DNA from: Camelus dromedarius
Taxonomy: Eukaryota
Reading direction: 5' to 3'
Assembly (NCBI RefSeq): GCF_036321535.1
Contig: NC_087472.1
Location: 94,924,001-94,988,000, forward strand
Length of the DNA: 64,000 bases
In this document: one piece after another, positions 35,411-48,345 of the stretch
Position numbering within the stretch: position 1 is the first letter of the stretch
Layout: each line of letters opens with the position of its first letter
Program-made: the position numbers and the translations under genes
The notes under the pieces: model-generated
Database searches by the model: none
The model's input: only the letters and a program-made list of their open reading frames with translations
Told to the model about the DNA's origin: nothing

Positions 35411-37626
35411 TAAGAAGGCTACAACTTGGACAGTTACTAATATTCACCAATGTCCAGTTCTTCTCTCCTTATGAGACAGAATTTCTGAGGTCTATTGCAG
35501 TTTATTGGGTTGCCCAATGATAATATGCTTCTGATAGGCACAGTGATTGAAAAGAAAATGCAGAGCTATACACAGGTTGTGGGATAGGAAACTATTGCTT
35601 ATGTAAATGTGAAAGGATAGGCAAAGAATGAGCTCAGGGTTATGGCTGGTAGAAAAGATAAAACTGCTGTCAAAAATTAAAGATAGGGGAAAATGTACTA
35701 AAGGAAGAATATACCAACTTTTCTTAAATTTTTAATATAGGTAAATAAGCCATATTTCTTGTCCCTTTCACTGTATATTAGTCTTACTCAGTTGCCCCTC
35801 ATACAATGTGTGTGACCTTCTTAGAAACACAAATAATCTCTACATTTTATGTAACATCCCACAGTGAATGGTGATTTATATTGTACTATAGATCATGTGA
35901 TTACTTTGGGAATGGCTGATACAACAATTTTTTTTCCAGTCCACTGAGGTTAGGTATTATAATAAAGATAGAGGTCTAGACTGCACACATTTCTGTCACC
36001 CATGGTCAATTTAATAAGAAACTGTGCCACCTCCACAGGTTCTCCATCTTCCCTGCAAATGTCTGCATTTTGAATCAACCTACTACCCTGGGAAATATCT
36101 GGCGGTGACATAGGCCGCCAAACACAACTGTGGGACATCTTCCCTCTGGTGTTTCAAGAACTCAGGAGCCACGTGGGGCAGTCTGAGCTGGGGATATCAT
36201 CTAGATTATCTTTTCCAGACATGTCCACCCTCAGCCCTTTATGTGCAGAATCATTGAAGTAATAATTAGCCTCAGGACATCTCCTCTCAATTTCTCCCTC
36301 TTTGTAGTTTTAGGTCCCCTTCCACTACTCACTGGTATTCCTGGCCTATCTGAACTGTCATCACTTACCAAGCCTGCCCATTCATACTGCCCCAAACTCA
36401 GTGGAGGAGGGCACTGTACACAGGGTAAAAATACCAGCCTCCAGCAGCCATCAGTACGGCTCCCAGCCAGGAACATGGGTAAGGATGCAGTGAACTACCA
36501 GAATCGCCCAGAGATATAGCTTTTTCAACATCTAGCATCACTGGGTGACACAGAAGAGCTACCTATACTCTGCCTGACAGTAGACACAGAGGATGCCAAG
36601 GTAGGGTGAGGTTTTTTGCATGCCTCTAGTCCTTTCATCCAGTAGATCTGCCCACTCAGATGTCACAAATTCCAGCTGCTGGTGGTAATTCAGAGATTTC
36701 CGAGGCTTATTAACTGAGGTTGTCTTGGACCTTCCACCCAGATTCTCCTCTTTCTCTCCTTATGGTCACTTCTCTGCCTTTTGCTGAACTCTAAATCCAG
36801 AATGCAAAGTGCCAGCTTACCCTGGGCTTTCTGGATAAGGTTTTTCATATGGTCTGTCTCATGGATTCTGGCAATGGCTCTGATCTCAGATCTTCACTAG
36901 CTAAAGGTGTCTTGCCTGGCTCCGTTGCCTAGCAACTGATCATTCTCATCAAGTCCTGGCTTTTCAGAGTAAAGGAGAGGGGCATCTTACTGATATTTCA
37001 GAATGTAAAGTATGCCTAGAAGAATCCAGGTACTCAAGACACCAATACAGAAATCTAGCTCTATATGGATAAGAAATTGATTTAATTTTATACTCAACCT
37101 ATTTGAAAATAGGGAAATAAAATAACAATGAGACAATACCTTTCATCCCAAAGTTTGACTAAAATTTAAAAGACTGATGAAATAAAATGCTTACAAGAAT
37201 GTAAAGCACTCACACACTTGAATTGGAGAGACTATAAATTGGTATGGCATTTTTTGGAAGAGAAATTCAGCAATATTTGTAAAAATTTTTCAGTTTCACA
37301 CTCTGCCCACTTTACTCGTTTGCACTTTGCTATCTCTTTCCTATGAGAAAGCATGCACGTTTGTCCGAGATTTCAGGTTCAGAGATATTTATTCCAGTCC
37401 TATTCATCATAGCAACAAATGGGAAACAATTTTCACGTTCATGAGAGGAGAATGGTTAATTATCACACAAACATAAGTAGGATAATCCTTATCTGTCTTT
37501 TTTTTGGAAGGCAGATTGGAACATGATGATTGACGTTCCCAAGATACATGATTAACCCCTCTGCGTAATCAAGTTCGCAACACCCTGATTGCTCCTATCT
37601 TATTCTTCTTGATGATCTCTCCTTCA

Positions 37627-38610
37627 AATGGCCAAAAGGTATGAAAAGATGCTTAGCATCACTAATTATCAAAAAAAAAATTGAACTCAAAACCAAAATG
37701 AGCTATCACTGTACACCAGTGAGGCTGGTTATAATAAAAAAAAAAGATAATTAAGTGTTGGGTTAGATGTGGAGAAATCAAGCCCTTGTACACTGTTGAT
37801 GGAAATGTAAAATGGTGCAGCCACTATAGAAAACAGTATGTAAGTTTCTGAAAAATTAAACATAAAACTATCATGTAACCTAGCAGTTTCATTTCTGGGT
37901 ATATATTCAAAAGAATAGAAGTTAGGATCTTGAAGAGATATCTGCATTCTCATGTTCCCTGCAGCACTGTTCACAATAGCCAATTTATGGAAACAACTCA
38001 AATGTCCATCAAAGATAAATGAACAAAGAAAATGTCATACACACACACACACACACAGACACACACACAGAGTGGATTATTATTCAGCCTTAAAAGAGGA
38101 AATCCTGCTATTTGCAGCAATATGGATGGACATAAAGGATATTATGCTAAGTGAAATAAGCCAGTCACAGAAGGACAAACACTGCGTGGTTCTGCTTATA
38201 TGAGGTACCTAAAATGGTCAAACTCATAGAGGCAGAGTCAACTGTGGTTACCAGTGACTGGGGGAAGGGTTTAATGGGGAGTTGTTTAATTGCTGCAAAC
38301 GTTCAGATATGCAAGATGAATTAGTGCTAGAGATCAGCTGTACAGCAGAGTGCTTGCAGTTAACAGTACTGTATTAATGCACTTAAGCTTTTTGAAAGAG
38401 CGTAGATCTCACGTTAAGTGTCTTCACCACAAAAGAAAAAAACCGAAGGAACACGAGGAAACTTTTGGAGGTGTTAGATAAGTCTATTACCGTCATCGCG
38501 GTGATGGTGGATGCTTATGTCCAAACTCATCAAATTCTACATATTAAATATGTGCAGTTTTTTGTTTATCGATTATAGCTCAATAAGCCTGTTTTTTAAA
38601 AAAGAAAAAG
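37627..38610 (+). mobile_element. L1MB-type 3' fragment nested in an L1ME (37090-37482 and 38611-38950)
   Basis: atggccaaaaggtatgaaaagatgcttagcatcac ... gaggaaacttttggaggtg ... ctcaataagcctg plus A tail; (CA)n at 38039-38069. Confidence 0.85.
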
Positions 38611-39260
38611 AATTGTAGGGAGTAGTTAAAAGAGTGTGGCGGATCTACATGTGCTGTCATGGAAATATCCTGCATTCATTTTGTTAAGTGACAAGGTAAA
38701 GAGGCAGAACAATACGTAGATTGTTAGCCGTGTATGTTACATTTATGTATTTTTATAGTATATCTACATATGAAAAAGCCTCAGAGCAGCTTTAAAACGA
38801 CACACATCACGTTGTTAATCGTGGTTGCCTCTGAGGAGGGGACTGAATTTTAAGAAAAGGAGGAGATTGTAATTTATCTGTATTAGAATTTTTTGCAGCA
38901 AGAATGTATGTCCTATTACCCTTGTAATTACAATATTTAAATACAGCTAACCATAAAAATAGTAGGTGTGCATTAATCAGATAAAGTAACTGATGCAACA
39001 AAGCCTACAAACCTGCAGTGGCTTAAAACAACAGAAGTTTATTTCTCATACACATAAAATCTGGGGTGGGTAGTCAGGGGCCTCCACTGTCAGATGACCC
39101 AGGGATCCAGGCTGCTCCCATTGGTGGTTCCACTTCTCAACAGGTGATCTCCGTGTGTGCTGTTGAATGGAACAGAGAGCATGGAGGTGGTATACTGGCT
39201 TTCAAATACCTTGGCCTAGAGGTGACAAACATTGTTTCTGTTCATATTTCAGTGTCACAT

Positions 39261-39995
39261 GAGCTTTCCTAAGTACAGGTGCATTGGGAAAGTGGTCTCC
39301 CCATGAGCCCAGGAAGGAGGGCAACACAAGAGATGAGCGAGCACTTGCATTCCCTCCAACCCACTGTTACACAGTAGGTGCTCAACAAAGACCAATTAGA
39401 GCTTGTTTTCATCAGCCCTCTTCCATTTCTTGGTGGAGTTTCTAAGGAGGCCACACCGGCCTTGCAAATCTCCAACTTTTCTTTTGAATCCTGCTACATG
39501 GGAGGTGCTTTCAAATACTGGATCACATTTAATTTTCAAAAGGATGCTATAAAGTCTCAGCAGAGAGGGCCCCCCTCCTTCACTCAATAGCACCCTTCTG
39601 AACTCACCTTTGCAATAAATTCTAGAGTCTCAATAGGATGAGAATGTTCTCCTTCTACTGAAGCACGTCACAACCCTGCTTCTGAGTCCCGGCCACTCTC
39701 AGCATGACCGAACATGCAGGACACGTTTACAGGTGTCATTAGGCACAAGGCAAAACCAGGGTTTTCCTCTGGGGCGAATACTGAGATCAGAGGCAGAAGA
39801 AGGGTGGTGAATTATTTTGATCTTTGTTGTTCAAAGACAGCATGTCTGCCAAGAAACTATATTTCTTCTCGTAGAAAGACTCTGGCTTCTGAAGAATTCA
39901 GCCTCAGTAGATGTGTGCTACACAGTGATTTCCATGGTCTTTCCTCACCTTCAATGTATGAGGGAGGCTTTGGTTATTGACCATCTAGGTAAGCT
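39261..39995 (+). repeat. Near-identical duplicated tract, copy 2
   Basis: Three mismatches to 3652-4386. Confidence 0.97.
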
Positions 39996-42648
39996 CATTC
40001 GTATGTTTTCAGTGGCTGGTCTCAAATAGCACATTCCTTCAAAATCCTACTGACGCTATCTGAGTTGTTTACAAAACTCCCCATTCAACTTCAGTTATAT
40101 GCCAAGAACCAGTATCTTCTGTAAGAAATAAGACTCTAATCACCAGCTCATTTAGAATACACTTTGAGGCTTGAGGCGTGGGGGTGTGGCTGTGGTAATG
40201 AGGTTTCTAAACTTCACTGTCAGTGGTTCCTCTGGGAGGGATGGGACCTTCAAGGTACGCCTACAGAGAGTTGGACCACTCTAATCAAGGGGAAGGCAGG
40301 TGACTCTGGACTGTTTGCATCACAGGAAACAGGGTGCAGCCAGAGGACACAGTGAAGAGCTGGTCAGCATATGAGGTTCCAATTTGGACAGGAGGGCACA
40401 CTGAGGAAGACCCAGGGGAAACGTTCTGTAATGCAGGAAAGTGCTCTGGAGCCAGCTGTCAGGGAAACCTGGGGCTGGGGACAGCAGGGTCCTCAGCCAA
40501 TGAAGCCCACAGACAGTCCCCACAATGTGCTTTATTCTCATGTTCACCTTCCTTCATCAGGACTGCTTTGTGTACTTTTATAATTGTATGTGATCCTTCT
40601 TGGAGTAGTGAGAATAATAGAGAATGAAGAGACGGAAGGTCTGCCTCAGGCTGGAGATGTGGAAAAGTGTGGACTCTTGAAAAATTTGGACCAGGGGTCT
40701 AGTCCCAGCTCTTTCACTTATCAGCCATGTGAACTTGAGAAAATCACAAGTTCTTCATCTGCAGGGTGTGTCTGATAAAGCCCTATCTTGTAGGACTGTT
40801 GGAAGATATGTAATGGATATGAAGCACTTGACAGAGGAAGGTCTAAAATTTAATGAATGGCAGTTATCTTATGAGTTTTCCTTTTTTAACCACGGATGAT
40901 ACCACCCTCCCCTCTGGGAAGATGTATGTCTTATTAATTCAGGAGACATCACAGAATACGCAGCTTTCTACCAAATGAGCCCATGATGCTGCTTAGCAAG
41001 TAAAACTAAATAAATTTCCCCCACTTGAGGATGTTTAACTTAATTTGTCTGTCAGGGAGTCTTCCCCAGGTGGATGCAACTCAGAGGTCCTAGAATTTGT
41101 GTCAAGGACCAAAAAGTTCCTGCCTGGGTGCCTTTCCATCCAAATCACCTGTATTTTCATCATTTCTTCACCACCAAACATGGAGCCCTCCCTTAGAGTT
41201 TGGCAGAATTACACTCAAGATAACTTAATTAAATTGCCCTCTCATTGCCTTGGGATCTGGTTCTCATTCCATCTCAAGGAAGTATCACCCTTATTTCTCA
41301 GAAATTCCTCGAAGATCCTGTGCACAAAACAATTAGACTGTGCTCTGTGTTCAGTTGCATGTGAACAAGAGCACAGGACACCTTCCATTTCTGCCCGAGG
41401 AGGAGCTTTTCCTCTGGCTTACTGATGATACTAAAGTAGCTCTTAAGAGCCAATTTGCATTCCAGGATTTTGTCCGTCAGTGCTGAGAACACCTCTGCTC
41501 ACCAGTCCCACAGCCTCATCTAGCCAACCACCCAGCTTAAATCAACAGGATATCTCACTGAGAGACTTCTATTTTCTCAAAACCCCAAATTGCGGATCCC
41601 CAGAGAATCTGTACTTCATTGTTTTCAGCCGGACACTCTCCCCTTCCCACTTCTCCCAACCTCCTTCCTGCCCCCTTACCTCCTGACTGCTTCTTACTTG
41701 TCCTTTAGGTCGTAGAGGCTATTTCACCACGTTCTCTGTATAATTACTGCTCCTTGACTGTAGAATTCTGAAGGCAGGGGAGCTGTGTATCCTAGTTTCA
41801 CCATCTCTAACACAATAACTTTCAGAGAGCAGATGCTCAATTAATATTTGGGGAATGAACGAGCCAGTGACCATGATTGCTAGTTTGTAAACATTTTATT
41901 TCTCCTGCATTCTTTAATAAGATAAGCAAATCCAGGTATATATCTTTTATTTTTACCAGACAGCAGATTAAAATGGATAAGGGAAAGAAAAACTGCACAT
42001 TTTTTACTTTTCTCCTATTCTTTTGATCCCAATAATTTTACCGTGAAAGTTTTTCACATTTCCAAAGAAATGCCTATTACCATGCCATGTTTTGTTGTTC
42101 TAGTTCAGTAAATATGAAAGGTTTCCCAACTTGTTTTACAAGATAAAACTCATCTTATACCTATTAACTTAAATCTAATAAATATGTAACCAAAATCACA
42201 AATTTGCACCTTCTACTAAAGAAACAACATTTAAACTATAACAAAAGGAAAGAAGGACAGGAAGGGGAAGGGGGAAGGGAGGGAGGAAGAAAAGAGAAGT
42301 GAAGAAAGGAAAGGAAAAGAAAAAAAGGAAAAGATTAAACTCTAAGTTTACCATATAGAATAGGAGCACAAAGATGATTTGCACTGGGTTGCCTCCAGAC
42401 CCATTCTGGGCATCCACCACTTAGAATGTTACTGCTTTTTCCACAAGGAAAACAATCCTCAGACTTCACTGTTTGAAATATAACCTAAAAAAAAAAAAAA
42501 AAAAAAAAAAGTAAAATTGCGAGTTAGCAATATACAGCTGGAACACAGGGATGATATACCCTTTCCAGTCCCACCCTGGCCCTCCACCATTAGACGACTG
42601 ACACACCTTTTTTCAACCAAAAAAGTAAAGAAGAACCGGCCTTGAACT

Positions 42649-43668
42649 TCACTTAGCCTCGGGGAAGTTGCTGGCCATGGCCCCGGAGCGCACGCTGGCA
42701 ATGGCAGCCCTGGCTGCTGCTCGTGCTCGGGCTCTCTCTTCCTCATCTCTCACAGCCTCTTCATAGCAGGATGGGAAGGCACTGGGGACCGTATCATGAA
42801 CCTTGGCTAAAAATTCCAGCACTCTCATCTTGCTGGTTTCAGCATGGGCCCTCGGGCCCCACAGGAACTCATAGCGGGGAGGATCGCTGTCAGGCACCTG
42901 GCGGTACTGCAGGTACTTGAGCTGCACCAAATCTTCGGTGATGACCTTCTTGGGCTCCCCATAGATGAAGTGCTTCCTCTCAGCATATACACCCATTATA
43001 TTCAGCACTTCCCAGACCGCTTCTTCTGGGGCACAGTTGCCCTTCATGAAGACCACACCCAGCACAATCATCAGGAGGCCGGTTTTGAGCATGATTTCTT
43101 CTTCATCTATCGTGCTATCGAAGGTGAGATCTAGTTTGCTGACAAGGGCATAGCAGTGCCTGGTGGGATCCACTTCCTTCAAATCAACACCAAAGGCTAG
43201 CTCCATGTGCTCAGAGGCTCTCTTGAGGATCTCCTTGAAATGACACTTGGACCTTTTGATAACAAACTTCAGCATGTCTGCCTTCGTAATTGGCTCTTTT
43301 TTTTGATACTTCTGCAGCAGAAACTGCACCAGCAAAACCACCTGCTTGTTTAAAGGATCTCTTTGTGAGCCTTCGGTGCCCTTGGAGGATTTTGAGCTTT
43401 CCTCCTTTTGGCCATTGGCACCTTCACCTGAATCGGTGCACGACACAGCTGCAGTAGCACTGGAGGTTCCCTGAGCCGCCTGAGGAATGCTAGGTGTCCC
43501 AGCAGCAGGTACATTCTGAGGTCTGTCCTCGAAGGGAGGACAGAACGAGGAGGGAGACTCTCCTGCTGCTGCAGCGGTAGCCTGAGCATCCTCCAGACCC
43601 TGGATCTCAGTACAGGCCTGGCGGCGTTTCTCGCGAGCACGGAGCTTACTCTTCTGACCTCGAGGCAT
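42649..43668 (-). CDS. MAGEB18: Melanoma-associated antigen B18, intact single coding exon, 339 aa
   Basis: True ATG at 43668 ([15 protein letters not shown]); the ORF-track start at 43704 is TTG. Diagnostic similarity to recalled human MAGEB18: [95 protein letters not shown]. Confidence 0.95.
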   Translation of the reverse strand: MPRGQKSKLRAREKRRQACTEIQGLEDAQATAAAAGESPSSFCPPFEDRPQNVPAAGTPSIPQAAQGTSSATAAVSCTDSGEGANGQKEESSKSSKGTEGSQRDPLNKQVVLLVQFLLQKYQKKEPITKADMLKFVIKRSKCHFKEILKRASEHMELAFGVDLKEVDPTRHCYALVSKLDLTFDSTIDEEEIMLKTGLLMIVLGVVFMKGNCAPEEAVWEVLNIMGVYAERKHFIYGEPKKVITEDLVQLKYLQYRQVPDSDPPRYEFLWGPRAHAETSKMRVLEFLAKVHDTVPSAFPSCYEEAVRDEEERARARAAARAAIASVRSGAMASNFPEAK

Positions 43669-43730
43669 GATGACTCCTGTCAGGGACAGCAGGCAGGAGT
43701 TCAAGCAATTAGTTTGCTGAAGAGGTCACC

Positions 43731-43755
43731 CTAGAAGACAGAGGGAGAGATGGTG
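43731..43755 (-). other. Splice acceptor of the MAGEB18 coding exon
   Basis: Minus strand ccatctctccctctgtcttctag|ggtg; exon starts at 43730. Confidence 0.8.
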
Positions 43756-43849
43756 CACACAGCCGCGGTAGAGAGATTCTTCTACCTTGGATCCAAGAAA
43801 ATCTGCCTCCGCTGTTTCCCTTAAGGGTACTGTTTTAGGAACCCACGAG

Positions 43850-44665
43850 ACAGAGGCGGGCGGAACTCTGTGGGCTATCTCTGTTCTGCAGGGCCTTATC
43901 ACCTCAGTTCTAACCCAGGATACTAAACTTGACTCCTGACCAATCCTTTGACTCCTCCCTCTGCTGAATTGAGACTGTCCCTTCAGACCAAGGCTTCCCA
44001 TCCCACAAATTCTCCCGGCGGAAGTGGGCGGGGGGCCGTTGGGCCTAACAGCCACACTTGAGCCACTCGGAGTTGCCGGTGTGGGTGGCGCATTTCAGGA
44101 TAGGGCGGGAGTCTGTGGGGCCGCCTCAGTCCTGGGAGGAGTGTGTCCTTTCAGTTCTAACAAAGATTACACACCTTTACATCTGTTCGATCCTGGGACT
44201 CCTCCCTCTGCCGATAGGAGGCCACACCTCTCAGACCGAAGCCTCCGGCTCCTCAGTTGGTGTGGCGGAAGTCAGGGAGAGCACTTCCGGCCATGCCCAC
44301 CTGAGCGTCCCAGTGTTATAGCAGGTGTGGGGTTCTGGGGGCTTCCTTCTCTGTTCTGGCCGTGGGGAGGTGAAGGAATCACGCAGAGCTCACTCAGCGG
44401 TCTTTCCTGACTCCTGACAGGGCCTGGGACTTCTGCTGAGCCGAGTCAGCTGGCCTCAGACCAAGGTTCTCATTTCCCTCAGAAACCCACAGTAGGACGT
44501 AAAGGGGAACTCCAGCCTAGCGGCCATGTCTGAGACCTCCCGAGACTCACAGTAGGGGGCTCTGTGTGGCTGCTTGTTTTGGAGTGGGTTCTCCTGTCAG
44601 TCCTCACTCCATGTCTTACCTTGACGCCTTGTAGGTGCTGAGCTACTTCTCTGCTGACGTGACAC
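43850..44665 (-). promoter_or_regulatory. MAGEB18 promoter module array with ETS/Sp1 sites
   Basis: Modules gactcctccctctgc...cagacc(a/g)a(g/a)g at ~43950, 44197 and 44428, partial at 44645; gcggaagtgggcgggg at ~44018; inverted ETS pair gcggaagt...acttccgg at ~44265-44290; moderately CpG-rich. Confidence 0.8.
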
Positions 44666-44684
44666 GGAGCTCATCAGGTAAGGC

Positions 44685-45610
44685 GTAAATCTGTAAATAA
44701 TTTAAGGAAAATCGACGTCTGTACAATATTTTACCCACCATGAATAAGCATAACATATTGCTTTATTTGAGACTTCTTTTACCTAAGTTTATCAGTAATT
44801 TTTAAAATATTTGCTTCTGTAAAGATTATGTACCTATTTGATAGTTCACCTTTTAGGTATATTTTGGATATCACTGCTGTTTTGAATGGTGTATTTTTCC
44901 ATTACATATTCTAATTAGTTATTTATTTTGTATGCTAAGAGTCCTGATTTTGCTATAGTGATCTTCTATACCAGCTTTCTGGAGTTCCTTATATATTTGA
45001 GTTTTGGGCAGCTGATTTCTTTGGAGATTTTAATTAGAGAATTACATTATCTTTCTTTTCATTATTTATAACTTTTATTTTGGTATTCCTGTGTACAACT
45101 GTATACTGGCTATCCAATCCAGTCTAGGTTTGAACAGTAGAATAGGTACCATACCTCCATGTCCTCTTCGAACTTTACTGGGAATGTTTCTAACATTTCA
45201 CACTTAGATATGTTTGCTTTTGACTTTATATGGAAATTCTAATATAAGCTTTTCTAAAAGTTATTACCATGGACTGGTGTTGAGTTTTTAATCTGAGGTT
45301 TTTTATTTAGTCTTGCACATGATCAAATGCTTTCTCTTCTTTATCTGTTAACATAGTGAGTTCCAATACTATTTGTTGACAAAACCACTCTAGAGGTGAT
45401 ACTCCAATTCTATTACGGGATACATAAGGTCTGTAGTTTCCTTTGTGGTGATGTTGGCAGTCACTGAGGATCCTCACTGCCATCTGTTAATCCATTAGGG
45501 GCTGCTGAGTTGTAATTCTCTAATTCTGTCATTCTTTTTCAGATTATTAGCTGAAATATATTTATAGGTAGAACCTTCTATTATCCTCTGTTTTGTTTTC
45601 TTGAGGTAAG
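44685..45610 (-). mobile_element. Ancient L1 fragments, paralogous to 16045-17520
   Basis: Collinear blocks such as ggtaccatacctc and ggtgatgttg(c/g)cagtca(t/c)tgagga. Confidence 0.7.
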
Positions 45611-47034
45611 CTTTGCAGTGGCCCCATTTTACTGCCTAGAGAGATAGATAAAGAAAACTTAATCTCTCTTTGTCTAATCACTATCAGAAAACTCTTTAGC
45701 CCAAAATTGTTTTATATTTTTTGTAATTTTAAATAACAACAAAATCTTGTTTGAGAACTAAACCAGTTAATAACTGGTGGAATAATTCATCTGTTATTAA
45801 TGATTATCAGTGAACAGCATTAGAATAATCAATGTTTAGGCTCTAGCGTTGGTCACATGACATGTTATTTGTGACTACAGATAGTTGTAATTTTAGAAGA
45901 TATAGAAAATTTAACTATGATTTTTTCAAAGCTAGCTTTCTTTGAAGGGGGTACCATTTCTGTGTTCTTTCTATATAACTAACCAGTCATTATGCTAGTT
46001 GAGTTTAATTTTTTTTTAGTTTATAAGTTCTAACGTGGATATGACCAGTAGTATAAGTGTTATTACTATCTTAGCTTATACGAATGTAGATGTAAAACAC
46101 AAACTGTGGCACTCTTTCCTCTGGGTTCACAAACATTCAATATAGAGCTGTCCTAGTGGACTTCATATCAGGACTCTGTGAATGTAGTCAAGGCAAAAAT
46201 ATCTGATTTATTTGAATAAATATGCTAATATGTTGTCTCAATTTATTAAAATAATTTTTCCAACCTCTCATTTCACTTGTTAGTAATTAAATATTTAGAT
46301 TTTTGAATGAATATTTCTTGAATAGGTAACATTTTGGGATCTGTTTCTAAATTAATAAGCTTGGAAATATAGACTGTTATAGAGCAAAGACAATCAAACT
46401 GTGGGTAAGGAGTCTTAAGTCATAAACCAGCTGTTAGAACTATTTTAGAATCTTTATCAATTATAGCCTCCCTCTCCCTCTGTCCTTCTGCCCCTCCTGC
46501 TTCTCCCGGAATGGTATAATAATGCCTTCTCAGGCAGAAGTCGTCTTGAGTGATTTGACCCCAGACAGTAACTTGAGCCTTTCAGTGGCTGAAGACTTTG
46601 TTCACCTTTACTTTCTGTTACAGTCCAACTTGGACAAATTGTCCACACTTACGCCTGCTACTTCCAGTACCATTGCAAACATTTCAGTGGTCACACTGCC
46701 AATGAAGGAGAATTTCTGAAGGCTTCCTCATCCCCTTGCTTCATTCTCTCAGACATCAGCTCCAGCCAAGATAATGTTGTTAAGGAGAAACAGGACATAT
46801 TAGAGGAATGGATGCCCTGTCTTCAGTGAGCCTAATACCTGTGATACTATGCTAAGACTGACAGCCAGGAGTCCCTTTGTCAGATTAAGAGAATTATAGT
46901 TTGGAACACTTAACTTCGCCACTTGCCAGGCAACCAAGATAACTGAGTAGAGAGTTTATTTCAGTAATAGAATGTATTAATACCTCCTAGTAAATAGAAG
47001 ATAAGGAAGTGTCAAAGGGTACATGTTACTGAGT

Positions 47035-47391
47035 CAGGACCGGGACTAAGGTGAGGTGAGTGATAAAATAAATAAATTTTCTTTATTTTAAATAATCAAG
47101 TAAATAAATAAAAACATCAAAGTTTTAAATAAAGACAGGATCTGACCCTGCACTTGTACAACCTTGAGAGTAAGTGCCTCACTTGTCTAACCCTATTTTT
47201 AGCCAGTGGATTGTGTTTTTATTTAAAAGTGATATTTTCTTATCATGGATTTTGGCATTTATTTTGATTTTTTAAAATATTGAATTGAGATGTAATTTAT
47301 CATGATAACTGAGATTTTTTGGTCCCCTCCTTACCTTAAATTTTGAGCTCAAGGTGAATAGCTCACTTGTCTCACTCCAGCCCCAGTCCTG
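47035..47391. mobile_element. hAT non-autonomous DNA transposon (MER96B-like)
   Basis: Imperfect TIRs caggaccgggactaaggtgaggtgagtga ... tcacttgtctcactccagccccagtcctg. Confidence 0.75.
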
Positions 47392-47724
47392 GATAGTCTT
47401 TAGTGTTTAATACTGATTCTGGCCTCACACTTTTAAGAGCATCATTACTTAATTATACCTTGCCTTGTTTTAAATTTTAGGCATCATTACACTGTGTGCC
47501 TTTGTGATCTTGAGCAATAAAATTACCCTATATGAGACTCTATTTAAAAAAAAAATTCTAAGGATATTCTTTTTACTGAGTTTGGTGAGATGATTAAATA
47601 AAAGTGTATATGAGAAAATATTCTGTAAACTTTACAAGTTACTAGTAGTTTAGAAATATTTATTGGGTTGAAACTTTGAGAAAGTCCTAAAAATCAGTCT
47701 TGATGCATCCTTTGAGAAACCCAG

Positions 47725-48345
47725 TGGGTTGATTTTCCATTGCTGCATAGTAAGTTATTACAAACTCAGTTGCTTAAAAAAACTAACACCCATTTATTAT
47801 CTCCCAATTTTGTTGGGCAGTAGTCTAGGTATAGTTCATTTGTGTTTTCTGCTCAGGTCTCCACTTTCAAGATGTCTTTTTGGCTGGGCTGCATTCTTAT
47901 TAGGAGGCTCTGGGCAAGGATCCACTTCAAGGATTCAGGTTCTTGGCAGAATCAGGTTCCTTGTGATTGTAGTACTGAGGTTTCTGTTTTCTTACTGGCT
48001 GTCAGACAGGGGCCATTTTTAGCTTCTAGAACTTGATTGTGTTCCTTGCCACATGGCCCTCTCTATTTTCAAAGCCAGCACGGAAGAATCTGCCTCATGT
48101 AGAATTGCAGGCACTTTGAATCCTTTTCACCAGGGAGAAGGAGTCTTGCCCCTTTTAAGGGCTCACTTGATTATGTCAGATCCATCACAGAAAATCTCCT
48201 TTTCTTAAAGTCAGCTGTGCCTTGTAACATAACCTAATCATGGAGTGATGTCCTATCACATTCACAGGTCCCTCCTGCACTCAATGCAAGGGGATTAAAC
48301 AGGATTGTGAGCCATTGGGGGTAATCTTAAAATTCTGCCTATCCT
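47725..48345. mobile_element. MLT1E-type MaLR LTR
   Basis: ttttccattgctgcatagtaagttattacaaactcagttgcttaaaa ... atcttaaaattctgcctatcctaca. Confidence 0.75.

Noticed and set aside
43669..43704. 12-aa N-terminal extension of MAGEB18 in the ORF track
   Set aside because: Begins at TTG in the 5' UTR; the family-conserved start is MPRG at 43668.
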